DNA from: Trypanosoma brucei
Taxonomy: Eukaryota
Reading direction: 5' to 3'
Assembly (NCBI GenBank): GCA_000002445.1
Contig: CH464491.1
Span: forward strand, 3,808,001 to 3,872,000
Length of the DNA stretch: 64,000 nt
The translations under genes were made by a program, and so were the position numbers. Of this stretch, positions 1-10,942 are shown piece by piece. The number at the start of each line of letters is the position of its first letter. Position 1 is the first letter of the stretch. The notes under the pieces are model-generated. The model was not told the DNA's origin. It did no database searches and saw only the letters and a program-made list of their open reading frames with translations.

Positions 1-636
1 CGAACAGGCTAACCGCACTGCGTTGTGGGTTACACGTCGTTTACAGATAGACCTTCCTTGTGAGGCGGGACTGACACCACGCATGTTTCTCAGCCTTAAT
101 CAAAGGTCCCCGCGGAACTCACTACGCGGGAAGGAAATGCTTGTACCGGCTCCGCTGCTTCGGGGACTTTTTTCTCTCGACCTTCGTTCCCGGAAGGCTA
201 TTGCGAGGGCCGCATACACGCAATTGGACCGCGTAGCAAATATTGTTGCGCTTGTGCATGAAGAATGTGGTTTGTTTTGACGTTTTGTTACTCAGGCATT
301 GACGCTGATGTTTTAATGGTTTCGTTCATCAATAATAATGTGTTGTCGAAGGGGGAAAAAGCCACAGTAGCGGTACTATTTCGACTCATACTCTGGTTGG
401 CTCTAGTAACTTTTTTTTTTTAAAAAAGGGAACGCAATTATTCGTCCGGACTGCGCCCATTTCCTCCTCCCTGTGCCAAACATCATCTCACCAGCGCGAT
501 GTGACACTCTTCCGTTTTTCTACTTTGTAAACACGTTATATTTCCAAACGTATTTGTACTGTATTTGTGATTTCATACGGCAAAAGTACAAAACAAATCC
601 ACCACACAAGGGGTGAAGCGATTAATACAATAATCG

Positions 637-1923
637 TTGGCGGAGGTAGGGTGCAGACGTGGAATAGACATATTTCCGATGAGTTATAGCTGGCGCGGCT
701 GCCGTGTTCTGCTTGGTTCCATGCCCTCCTTCCGACCGCATATTCACAGACACCCATGCACAATATGCAGCAGCGCAGTGACGCAGTATCAAGATGCAAC
801 TGAGACAACTAGTGCGGATATTTGTGACGACAAAAACATTCGCAACGATATTCATTCTGCCTCCCACGTTAGTTGTTTCAATTACCTTAGCAGCGATAAA
901 GCCGCGACTGCTACGCCAGCATCGCTTCATTTTAGAGATCGACAGCCTTCAGGATGGAGTGGTAGGGCACTTGGCGCCACAGTATGCGAGAGTCGCAGGG
1001 CCGCTCTTAACGAGTGGCTCGGGATGATGCAGAATGCAGCAAAAACGACACAATCGCAACCTGAGGATGCATACCTTCAACAATGTTGGCAGGCGTTCCG
1101 TGATCCATCACGGGCTTTAACTGATCGTGAGATGGAAGGTGCTATCGAACTTCTCGACCGGCAATGTGAGTTTCAGAAGAGTTGTACAACAAGTGACAAG
1201 TGTTTGGTGGGGGAAAGTGCAAATTCGTTTTTGATGCGTCTGAGAGGTGGCGATGTCCATTCCGTGGATGAAGAGCGACAATTGTCGTTTCAGCGGACGC
1301 TCCTCGAGTTTCGTGATTTAGCCAATACCATAAAATTACCCTTCTTCCTTTGCTGTGGCACGGCGCTTGCAGCTCACCGTGAGGGTTATTTTATTCCGCA
1401 TGATGTTGATATCGACGTAGGTGTATTCTACGAAGACCTTCAGGACTTAGGTGATCCACAGAAGGCTGTCGTGGGTTTATTGTCACATGCCGCCCTTGGT
1501 GGGCGTTTTGTTCTTTTCGATGTATGTGGTACGGTGGAAAAAGGTCTCGAGTTGCGTTTCCTCCACAGTGAAACGCAAGTGCCAATAGACTTGAACGTGT
1601 ATTATCAACCGCTCCCACAGGATGACAAAATTGTAGCAGAGTTCGGCCCGTTTGTGTGGACGGCAACATATTATGAATCCTCTGCCGCGCGCCGTCACGG
1701 CATGTATCGTTACAGGCATGCGCCATTCCGTGCGGCCATGAAACACATGTCGTTCTGCGACACCATGGCGTCTTCATCTGATCCTACAAATACGGTGGGG
1801 TTTCTTGTTCCTCCGGAATCTTACGTGGAGGAATGTTATGGTAAGGATTGGCGCACCCCGCGGCGGTTCACGTATGCAGAGGGGTTACAAAATGGAGGCT
1901 TTGCAAATATCATTGACGAGTAG
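637..1923 (+). CDS. LicD/fukutin-family (phosphotransferase-like) protein
   Basis: 428-aa ORF. Internal motif 'FFLCCGTALAAHREGYFIPHDVDIDVGVF' matches the LicD/fukutin signature G-T-x-L-x-A-x-R-x-x-G-FIP-x-D-D-D-I-D. ATG 637 is the first in-frame ATG after a poly-T tract at 410-422 with AG acceptors. The N-terminal 130 aa are unconserved-looking and overlap antisense ORFs, so the true start may be the internal Met at 1024. Confidence 0.5.
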   Translation: MAEVGCRRGIDIFPMSYSWRGCRVLLGSMPSFRPHIHRHPCTICSSAVTQYQDATETTSADICDDKNIRNDIHSASHVSCFNYLSSDKAATATPASLHFRDRQPSGWSGRALGATVCESRRAALNEWLGMMQNAAKTTQSQPEDAYLQQCWQAFRDPSRALTDREMEGAIELLDRQCEFQKSCTTSDKCLVGESANSFLMRLRGGDVHSVDEERQLSFQRTLLEFRDLANTIKLPFFLCCGTALAAHREGYFIPHDVDIDVGVFYEDLQDLGDPQKAVVGLLSHAALGGRFVLFDVCGTVEKGLELRFLHSETQVPIDLNVYYQPLPQDDKIVAEFGPFVWTATYYESSAARRHGMYRYRHAPFRAAMKHMSFCDTMASSSDPTNTVGFLVPPESYVEECYGKDWRTPRRFTYAEGLQNGGFANIIDE

Positions 1924-2472
1924 CATCACGATAATGCGGTGCTAGGTGCACCAAGTAGTTTAACCAGAAGCGGCACTAAGCTAACAGGCAAGAAAAAGTA
2001 GAAAAAAAAAAAGAAACATTTCTTCACCGCTTTTTTTTTGATAGTGCTTCATGATAAACAAGACGTGGCGCATTTACCACGCTGTTATCAGGTTAGACTT
2101 TGTGGCTTACGAATCCATTCCTTTGCCCGCAGACTCATTGTGTATGTTCATGTGTACACGAGTTAGAAACAAATTTCTTTGTGACCTTCCTTCCTCCTTC
2201 CTCTTCCTCTTCCTTTCCCTTTTTCGATTTTCCTTTTTGTTGCGCAGCTGTGCTCTCCTTTGATAATAAAATAACCTCCTTTATTTTCGCACCTTTGCAA
2301 AAGCCGACATTCTCGGGACCACATCGCGGGATCGAAAAGCGGGGAGGGAAGGGAGCCACGCCGGAAAGTGAAGGTAGGCGGTAGATCAGCCGTAGAATTG
2401 CACGACACATAACGATATTAGTGAGGCATTGCGTCACAACCTACTGCTCATACAAGCGGATCGCTCTGTCAC

Positions 2473-4233
2473 ATGTCAGCTACTGATGTCGCATCTGAAC
2501 TGAGATCAGGCGCACCGGAGTATGTTCCCACTTTCCTACGTTGTAAGCAGTCCGAAAATGTTACGGCGTTTGAATCACCTGTTGTCTTTCTTATGTTCGG
2601 GTGCCGGGGTGCGGGAAAAAGTACTCAGTCCACGCTTCTTTCCAAAACATATAATTTACTCTACCTGTCTTCTGGTGACATATACAAGAGTGGAAAGCAA
2701 CCATTTGTAGAGTTGCGCAAAATATTGAATGAACACTTTGGCGATGGTAAGGAAAGGGTTTACAATGGCGTCGTGCTGGATCGATTCATTGCAAACTCCG
2801 AGTTTGAAGCGTTCTACGTGCAGACAGCGCTGCGGTCGGTAGGACTTCCGGTTCCGTTTGTTTTCATGCTGGCAATCGATCAAGGACTTGCAGCGAAACG
2901 GGCGGAGGAGCGTGGTGACAATAAAGGTGGTAACCAGCGGTGGCGGGCTGTGGAACAAAAGGCACAGGCAATCACTGCCAATACCGTATATGCCCCGATT
3001 CAGTGCCTCAAAACCATCCGTGTGGAAAGTGACATGACAATCGATGATGTGTTCAATGAGATCAAGACAACCATTGCGAATCAACTTCCTCCAGATCTTT
3101 TCAACCTTCAACTTCCTCGCGAAGCACGGCGAGAGGTGGAAGGGACGGTATTGGTTGAAGACTATGAGCTATATATGGAGCTCGCAAACGATGTGCACAC
3201 CGTCGTTGGAAACCTCCGCGGCCGCCGTGACAGCGCTCCACTCTCCAACGTGGGGGCTCATTTGGATAAGGAATATTTTTCCTTCGCCAATAAGAGACTC
3301 CGCTCACAGCTCACAACAATGCATGTGACACTAAAGGCAGACGGCTTACGATTCCTAGTGATGAAGCATAAGACGCGTGGTTACATTGGCTTTCCCTCAG
3401 CTTTTACGCATTGCTACGAGCTCAATGATCTCTTCGAAGGTGTAGAGATGGCCCCAAAACCCTACACGGAACTTAAGAAATGGATGAATGATAAATCATG
3501 TGAACTCCCAGCAGATTTTCTTCTCGACACGGAGGTTGTTGTGCACGAGAAGAAGCCAACATTGTACATTATTGACTTTATTTACTTCTGGGGTCTGGAT
3601 GGAAGGCGGATGCAGTTCGAGCAGCGACTAAAGGTATTGCGAGAATACTTTGGAGATATGAAGCCACAGGGTCAGGTTATTGCAATGAAGGATTACGTGC
3701 CCATAAACAAGATACGAACTCTGGTGGAGGAGATGAAGAGGAGAACTGAGCTTCCAGTTGATGGTTTAATATTCCAGCACAATGGCTCGTACAGATTTGG
3801 GTCCGACAAGTTTCTAATCAAATGGAAGCCCGTGCATTTGTGCACTGTCGACTTTCGTCTAGCCAACGGAAGGGTGGAAAATGGTGTTTGGACGTTTGAC
3901 CTTTTTGTTACAGACGACTTCATTGAAGAGAACGGATTTAGAGAAGTTGCTTACCCTGGCGCTACGGCATTAATACCGGCATCAGTGGTTGAGGAAAATG
4001 GCTTGCAGAACGGAATGATTATTGAAATGGCTCTTTCTGAAAAGGAATCCGTGAAAAAAACGTCACCAAATGCACCTTCTGAGAAAACAAGATGGACCTT
4101 TCGGAATGCGCGCAATGACAAACCGTCCCCAAATAAGTACAGTATAGTGACCAGGATTTGTGAACTTATGCACGTTGATCTAGACGAGCTCGTGAGCTTG
4201 TGCGAGAAAGTTCCCTTTTACAGAAATGTGTGA
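2473..4233 (+). CDS. CE1: mRNA capping enzyme guanylyltransferase with N-terminal P-loop kinase-like domain (TbCe1-type)
   Basis: 586 aa. Walker A 'GCRGAGKST' sits near the N-terminus. The C-terminal half carries covalent nucleotidyltransferase motifs: motif I 'LKADGLRFLV' (KxDG), motif IV 'DGLIF', motif V 'LIKWKP', then 'GVWTFDLF'. Length and architecture match the trypanosome guanylyltransferase, which has a P-loop extension. Confidence 0.85.
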   Translation: MSATDVASELRSGAPEYVPTFLRCKQSENVTAFESPVVFLMFGCRGAGKSTQSTLLSKTYNLLYLSSGDIYKSGKQPFVELRKILNEHFGDGKERVYNGVVLDRFIANSEFEAFYVQTALRSVGLPVPFVFMLAIDQGLAAKRAEERGDNKGGNQRWRAVEQKAQAITANTVYAPIQCLKTIRVESDMTIDDVFNEIKTTIANQLPPDLFNLQLPREARREVEGTVLVEDYELYMELANDVHTVVGNLRGRRDSAPLSNVGAHLDKEYFSFANKRLRSQLTTMHVTLKADGLRFLVMKHKTRGYIGFPSAFTHCYELNDLFEGVEMAPKPYTELKKWMNDKSCELPADFLLDTEVVVHEKKPTLYIIDFIYFWGLDGRRMQFEQRLKVLREYFGDMKPQGQVIAMKDYVPINKIRTLVEEMKRRTELPVDGLIFQHNGSYRFGSDKFLIKWKPVHLCTVDFRLANGRVENGVWTFDLFVTDDFIEENGFREVAYPGATALIPASVVEENGLQNGMIIEMALSEKESVKKTSPNAPSEKTRWTFRNARNDKPSPNKYSIVTRICELMHVDLDELVSLCEKVPFYRNV

Positions 4234-5070
4234 AGGAGTTAACCGCCAATATGTGGGGTATACAAGTGGATAAACACACCTTCGCTGGTTGTGGACGTGT
4301 GATCGCTAACAAAAAAAAACATCTAACGAATATTATCAATGTTTCTATCGTATACTTGTATGAGTGGTTACGGTTTTGATACCGACGGCTGCGTGCATTC
4401 CTCAATACCCACGTAATACACTTGGCTTCCCTACTTCTTTCTCCTCTTGTCTTGCTTTAAAAAAAAAAAAAACGTTCTTAACTTCGTCTTACAACTCATA
4501 ACAGAAGCTTATCCTAGTTGAAGGTACCCGGCACTCCTCTTTTATTTTTTTTTTGTGGCCCTTAGCGATACACGGGACGCATTGCTGGTGAGGCTGCACC
4601 GTATTACGAATACCTCGTTATTACATCGCCAACAATCAATTAATTAGTAGTGAAAAGGGGCTCAGGAAGGTGGAGAGGGAAAAATATATAAAAGAACGCT
4701 ATATTTCTTCTGCAGTCGCGCGTCAGAAGTATTTCGTGAAATAAAAATATTGTGCCCGGACAAGTAGGAGAGAGGGAAAGATAACATATATCCTTAGCTC
4801 CAGGGTTGGCGTATACATATATATATATATATAATAACGTGTAATAGCAACAGCTACCTTCTGTGGTGGCAGTGTGAAAGGATTGCGCACAAATAACAGA
4901 AAAGTGGGAACGGTACAACTGCGCAAGGGAAAGAATATCAAAAAAAATAGAGGAAGCGATATCAAGTGCCTGGAGTAGAAACTATCCCACCTTTTAAATA
5001 GTGGAAGTGATTAGAGGAGATCTCAAAGGGAAGGGACCTTTCTTGTTCTCTTACTTCCTGTTACTTTCTA

Positions 5071-6960
5071 ATGTCACTAAACCCTAACGCTCCTCCATGG
5101 AATGTTCCTGATCACAATATGGACCACGGCATGGACCCGCATGGTCGTCACGGGCACCAAGACCCCCGGTTTCACAATTTCAGCGGTTACTATCCTCAGC
5201 ACATGCCCATGCACCAAATGCAAAGTGTGCAAAATATGGGAATGCCACGGTCTATGATGAATCACGGCTACAACCATCCAGCTGCTCATATACATCCCAT
5301 GCAACATAGTGCGCCACCCGGTCAGGCGTTCCACCAGGGGCGAGCGCGAGGTCAGGCTTATCTTGGTGGACACGTGAACGCAATGCCCGCCGTTCCCGCG
5401 CCATCATATAGGAAACAGCACATTGTGGTGGTGGTGGTGCTCGGTTACAGGTGCGTAGGGAAAACAACTGTTGCCCGACAAATAGCAAAGGTACGCAACT
5501 ATCGGTACGTCTCCCTGAAACCTAGTGAAGATGCCGGTAGCGTTTCGCCAGAGGCATTCGTGGCGCCGGTGGTGGAACTTTTGGCCAGTAAGAATTCATA
5601 TGAAGGTATAGTCATTGATGACATTGTGTCACAGAATAAGTACGACCCCTACTACGTACAGTCTGTGTTGCAGAAACACGGACTCAAGCTGGATGTTGTG
5701 GTTTTATTGGACAGTGAGTTGGACAATGCAAAGGAAGGCGTGGATTATGAAGATCCGCAGCAGCGGAAGCTGCATCCAGAGAGCTACGAGTTCTGTGCGT
5801 GTCACCTCAATGGTGGAAATGCCGTTGTAGTGGAATGTCGCGGGAAGGATCTCGACGAAACAGTTGCTGAAGCAATGCGACAACTGAATGATGTGAACAT
5901 TGTGAAGGAATCAACTATTACGCTAAAGGAGGTTGCGCTAATGCCCAACTGCCCACTGGTGTGCAACCCATCAATGGTGACAGAGGTATTGGCGGCGCAA
6001 AGTGGAGTGTTAGGCCTTGCTGAGTCTGCTTCCTTTCCCTTCTCGGAACCTAATTACCTGTTAGAGTATACCATATTCGCGCGTCAGGCGCACGCGTTCC
6101 GAAGCTATATGATCATTCCATGGATCAAAGGCGATAAGGTGTCACTCATTGGTTACAAAGATGCTATTTATTTGCACCTTCCAGCATATAATATACTATT
6201 TCAACTTAATGATAGCCCAACTGCACTAACGCACCTACTCAAAGAGACAACTGCAACGGGCGGATTGGCCTTCATATTCGAGGCCACTTTTGCCGCAAAT
6301 AAACTACACGTATCCGACTTACTCCTGTTGGGTGGCATGAAAGGATCCGAAATGCTGGTAAATGAACGTGTGGATTTGTTGAAGGAGAAACTTGGTGAAT
6401 TGAGGGAAGGTGCTGTGCAGCTGCTTCCCTGGTACCCTGTAAAGGATATGGAGATGTGCAAGAAGGAAAATCCAGAAGCAGATGGCATACTTTTCGTAAA
6501 TCCTGACGGTATTCAAGTTGGAGAGTACGACAGTCGAAACTATCTGTACCCGCTGCACAGGAAGAAAACAGTAGAACTTCGCATATGGAATGGTAATTTC
6601 ACTGGAGGGGTGTGGACATTCGATGCATACTGTGAGGAGGTGGGTACTGAGAAACTTGTCGAAGGCATTCCTGTGCACATCAATGATGATGTTGTGACTG
6701 AATACTGCATCAATGATGGTAACATTTTGGAGTGCACTCGAGAAGAGCAAAGTGTCGGAACAAATAAAGCACGCAAAGGGGGGAAACACTACGTGTTCAA
6801 GAGCCGTTGTCAGTGGGCTTCCAAGCCAACGACAACATACAAACAGGAATGCTTTGTTAATGAACCCAAGTGGCCATCAGACCGGCTAGCACAGGCGTGT
6901 GCTGCGATTACTTACACTCCCGCTGTGCGACGGGAAGTGCAGAATGAAGCTTCTGGGTAA
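5071..6960 (+). CDS. Capping-enzyme (CE1) paralogue with P-loop domain and degenerate guanylyltransferase motif I; His/Met-rich N-terminus
   Basis: 629 aa. P-loop 'GYRCVGKTT' and downstream block 'YEGIVIDDIVSQNKYDPYYVQSVLQKHGLKLDVVVLLD' parallel CE1 'YNGVVLDRFIANSEFEAFYVQTALRSVGLPVPFVFMLAID'. C-terminal 'EADGILFVNPDG', 'LHRKKT' and 'GGVWTFDAY' parallel CE1 motifs IV and V and 'NGVWTFDLF'. The motif I position reads 'KLHVSDLLLLGG' rather than KxDG. Confidence 0.6.
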   Translation: MSLNPNAPPWNVPDHNMDHGMDPHGRHGHQDPRFHNFSGYYPQHMPMHQMQSVQNMGMPRSMMNHGYNHPAAHIHPMQHSAPPGQAFHQGRARGQAYLGGHVNAMPAVPAPSYRKQHIVVVVVLGYRCVGKTTVARQIAKVRNYRYVSLKPSEDAGSVSPEAFVAPVVELLASKNSYEGIVIDDIVSQNKYDPYYVQSVLQKHGLKLDVVVLLDSELDNAKEGVDYEDPQQRKLHPESYEFCACHLNGGNAVVVECRGKDLDETVAEAMRQLNDVNIVKESTITLKEVALMPNCPLVCNPSMVTEVLAAQSGVLGLAESASFPFSEPNYLLEYTIFARQAHAFRSYMIIPWIKGDKVSLIGYKDAIYLHLPAYNILFQLNDSPTALTHLLKETTATGGLAFIFEATFAANKLHVSDLLLLGGMKGSEMLVNERVDLLKEKLGELREGAVQLLPWYPVKDMEMCKKENPEADGILFVNPDGIQVGEYDSRNYLYPLHRKKTVELRIWNGNFTGGVWTFDAYCEEVGTEKLVEGIPVHINDDVVTEYCINDGNILECTREEQSVGTNKARKGGKHYVFKSRCQWASKPTTTYKQECFVNEPKWPSDRLAQACAAITYTPAVRREVQNEASG

Positions 6961-7884
6961 TAGACGCTGGTATGAACATGAAAAGAAGAAAAAGGTGGGG
7001 AAGGGAGAGAAGGAAGAAAGGGAATGTCAGGGAGAAAATACGGAAAAGAAAAAGGAAAAGAAGGAGAGTCAGACTAACAAAGAAGAGGAGTAAGGGAAAG
7101 AAGGACCGCGTATTTGAGGCATTCCCCGTTATTTTTAAATGTTGTTATTACTATTATCTGTTCTGACCTTCAAGTTGGGTTGTGCAGGTGGCGAATCTTT
7201 GGCGTTACTGTTTCTTCACGATGGTGGTACAGGGAGCATGTGCCTCCTTTCAGTGTCATCTCGTTTTCTTTTTTTTTTTGTCTTTCGTCCAGAAACGATC
7301 AGACCAAAGCATTTATAGCAACCAGTGAACTAATGGTGCTTGCGTTAACATCACCTGCGGAGAAATGTGCATCTACTCGTGTAAATCTGAGTTTACATCA
7401 CGGAGACAAAATCCGACTGCCAGAAGCAGCAGCATACAAAACAGTGCACTGTACAAAATCGTGCAATGGGAGAAGTCTTCAAGTTGTACCGCGCACGCGG
7501 TGGTGTAACTCCATTCAGAATTGGAGCAAATTTCGGTGGTGGGCACGCTGATAATTTCAATCGACTTCCACTGTTCCTCATAAATGGCGTGAAAATTTTA
7601 TTTAACGAAGTGGAGTGGTGAAAAAGAGGCTACGTAGCCACTTGCAACAGATGGTGTTCCGGTAAGAGAAACAAGGTTAAGGTAAAACCGTTGCCAAAAC
7701 TGGCGAACCGAAATTTGACCGCTTCTTCCTTCTCGTTGGCGCTCAATAGTGGTAACAAGGTGCTTGGTACTGGAGCGCAGGGGAAAGCGGGTTTTGCGGT
7801 TTAACTCCCGTGGCACATGTACCAAAATAATGATAACAATAATAATAATAATAGTCGTGAGCTCTGCGCGGAAAGGCCACTGTT

Positions 7885-7922
7885 GTGTGTGAGTGAGTGA
7901 GTGAGTGTGTGTGTGTGTGTGT
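7885..7922. repeat. (GAGT)n and (GT)n compound microsatellite
   Basis: 'gtgtgtgagtgagtgagtgagtgtgtgtgtgtgtgtgt' in the gene-free gap. A similar (GT)n followed by a G10 run lies at 9361-9390. Confidence 0.9.
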
Positions 7923-10900
7923 AATAACTGTCAATGAAGCTTCCAAATGAGCAACGTACTCATGGCAGGTCCGTCAGTTGCACCGATGCATTAATCTTGG
8001 GAAGTTCGGGTACACTATAGGTGCGAAACTCCAGGTTCCCGGCGCATAAAAATTCAAATGCAATGTAATCCACATGGCGTCTACGGCTCCTGGACGACAC
8101 ATAAGCAGTTGCGTTTGTGAAAGTTGCACTTGAGGTCATATGTGGAAATTTGGGGTTCTATGGGCATTCTCCGTTAATGGAATTCGAATTAATAAAAATG
8201 ATGCTTTTGAACGTCGTTTCCAAGCGGAGGCCTCAAAGGCGAGGACAAAAAGAAAAAAACAGTGGAAAAACATAACGTTGGACTGAGGGTTGGTTCTGTT
8301 GATTTAAAAAAAATCGGTCAAACGCTTCATTTCGGACCAACAGCTGTCATAGGCCTTCCGGAAGGAGCCGCATCGTGGCTGGTGAGAACAAACGGGTTTG
8401 GCGTGTGTTCCTCCGCTGTAACTCCAAATGTTAGCGCTTCGTTAAGTAACATGGGGGGAATATGCATTTTCAGGTGCGTAAATTAACTTACGTGGAACTT
8501 GCTGTTTTTTGTTACTACATATCTCAGTTATTTGCAGTATGTCCAACACAATACATGTCTTCACAGTGGCGAATAGTCTGCCCAGACACGCTGACAGTTG
8601 ACGCTGAAGGTAAGGCGCGTAAAGGTATGGCAGTATTGTGTGAATTCATGCAACATCAACATTGATACGTTGTGCCGGATGGCTCTGTTATCTACCGAAG
8701 TCCGCGTATGGTTCACAAAAAAAAATATTGGGAGTAGTTTTGTGGAAAGACATTTCAAGCTGCTTGATTTCCCACTTCCTCGTGACTGTGAAGGTGGCGG
8801 TAATTCAAAAGAAAATCATACTGCGGAGGCACTGGAGATTACAATTATTTTGCTGCGTTTAAACACCTGCACAGAGCATGTGCATAAGTTTATTTTCATT
8901 GAGAACAGCGACTTTGGGTGCAAGGGGATCGCTGCGTTGGTTACCGTTGGCTAACCCACTGCGTCTCTTCCTCCACATCTTTTTCAATGAATTCTTTTAC
9001 GTTTTCAGCACTTGCTTTTGCTCTTATTGTTTTCGCTGCGTTTCCGAAATCCAAAAGGAGTGCCGCCGACGCTACGAAGAAAAAATTATATCAAAAAAGA
9101 CATCTTGAATAATGTCTAATGATAATGGGGGTACAATTTTCAGGCATATTTATGAGAGAACTTCCCGTTTGCACCTATTCTCGTTTCGTTACTTTCCACC
9201 GCGGCCGGCATAGCACAGAGGGCAACCTCTCGTCGTGCCTTCATTTTCTCTCTTCAATATTTCATGGAAACAATTGTTTCGTTAAACTGTCGGTACAAAT
9301 AGTTCGTTGGCGTCACCGAACAATGAGCACATGAATTTAAAAAATAAATAAACTATCGGTGTGCGTGTGTGTGTGTGTGTGGGGGGGGGGAAGTGCCTAA
9401 TGTAGAAATCGTTACCTTCTGTCGGTCAGTGAATGTGTAAGTGCTCTGTGCCATAATACCTCGTTGCACATTTTTAAGAGTCAAAGTAAATATTGTATTG
9501 GCGTGGGGGGGAACGTGTAAATTAACGGAGAGACAACACAACGAAGTCTCCGCTGCTAACGACTTTGGAAGCAAACGTATTATCGTAAAATTGCGGTAAC
9601 GCTATACTGCAGGTGAGAGAAATGTAAAGGATATGCGCGCTGGTCGAGTGTCCAACATGGGTGGAATACAAGTTACGTGTACGAAATAAACAAAAACACA
9701 TGTGACCTAAATTATATAGATTAAGAGGATGAAGTACAGGAAAGTCTTGAAGGAAACAATAACTCGTGGTCCTAACTCCCTTTCTTTTGAGATGCAGCAG
9801 GAAGACAATTACCTGTGTGTTGTTTGTGTAAAGGTGGAATGGGAAAGAGTTATGAGGGAAGAGCTGTGGATGCTGAGCAAGAGGAGTCGTGATGTAAAGC
9901 TAAGAGGAATGGTTGGAATTGAAATGGGATCGAGTGTGAATAAGGTGATGGTTGCGTTTTGTCTGGTACGGATCTCAGATGGCAATGACATATTTTGTAA
10001 TGTGGTTGAATATGAATAAATAAGCAAAAGGAAAGTTGGACAGAAACTCCCCCTTTAACATCTTCCATTAAAGGATGGAAGAATGTGGTTTTCAATCGTT
10101 AATTTTTAATAATGCTAGTTTCGTGGAGAAAGGGTAATGATTTCTCGGATGCAAAGGCCGATATTTTCAGACGGAGGAGAACAGAAATTGATGGAGTGTT
10201 ATATCGCATGAATGAGTAACAAAATATTTATCTTTACTACGGGGATGCAATATTTGTGTGTATTTATTCAAATTCTTATTTACTACACACACCGAGAAGT
10301 GGAGAACATCTCATTACAAATAGTTGGGTGCTCTACAGGGACTCATCTTCTGGAGTCTCAAAGTGGTTTGGGTTCGCCAGTATGAGTGAGCAATGGGAAG
10401 GTAAAGGTAAGTTGAAGAAATAGGTTCATTTATCGGCAAACAGGATGTAAAGGGACACTGTAAGCGTACGAATAGCTGTTTATTTGATTGTCTTTGGTAA
10501 TGTGTATATTTTATGATGACTGACAAAAAGGTTGTGTGTCACCCCTTGTGACTGCGGCGGGAGGGGCGCAAGGGGTAATCTATTGTTTTTGGTTGAGTGC
10601 TAACTGATGGTAGTGTGATGTTTCTCGCTGCGGTGCGGGGGGTAATATCCAGGTTAATGAGTGTGGGTCCACAACATCGAAGGCAGAACCTATTCCTACG
10701 CTGCTTTCCAATGCGTCAAAGCTCTGCAAACAAAACCGGCAATCCTCTCCCACCCAACCTCGCGGAGCCGCATGCTGTAATCAAATCCGCTTGCAAACTG
10801 CAGCAACCACTTTGTACAATTTTTTTTTTCCTGCGTCCCATGTGATAACTGTCGCATAAACGAGGGGTAGCGGCCAGCGCTACACATACCCACATTATGT

Positions 10901-10942
10901 ATGCATTTGCCTACCGTTTCAGTCATTTGTATTTCTATAGAC

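Noticed and set aside
6899-7166. Lys/Glu/Arg-rich ORFs (64 aa each) just downstream of the capping-enzyme paralogue
   Set aside because: They are translations of a long purine tract (gaagaaaaagg...) with no periodicity or start context. This is typical low-complexity intergenic sequence.
7114-10019. Possibility of procyclin-like or additional surface genes in the gap upstream of the array
   Set aside because: No ORF shows a signal peptide plus repeat (EP, GPEET or heptapeptide) plus GPI-signal layout. ORFs 7114-7551 and 9729-10019 lack hydrophobic termini. The gap is left as non-coding, with the caveat that highly decayed pseudogenes would need TBLASTN to find.
6961-10942. Retroposon (ingi/RIME/SLACS-like) insertion in the gene-free gap
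   Set aside because: No long ORF with RT or endonuclease motifs, no poly(A) tail with flanking target-site duplication, and no terminal repeat structure visible. I cannot support a mobile element call.
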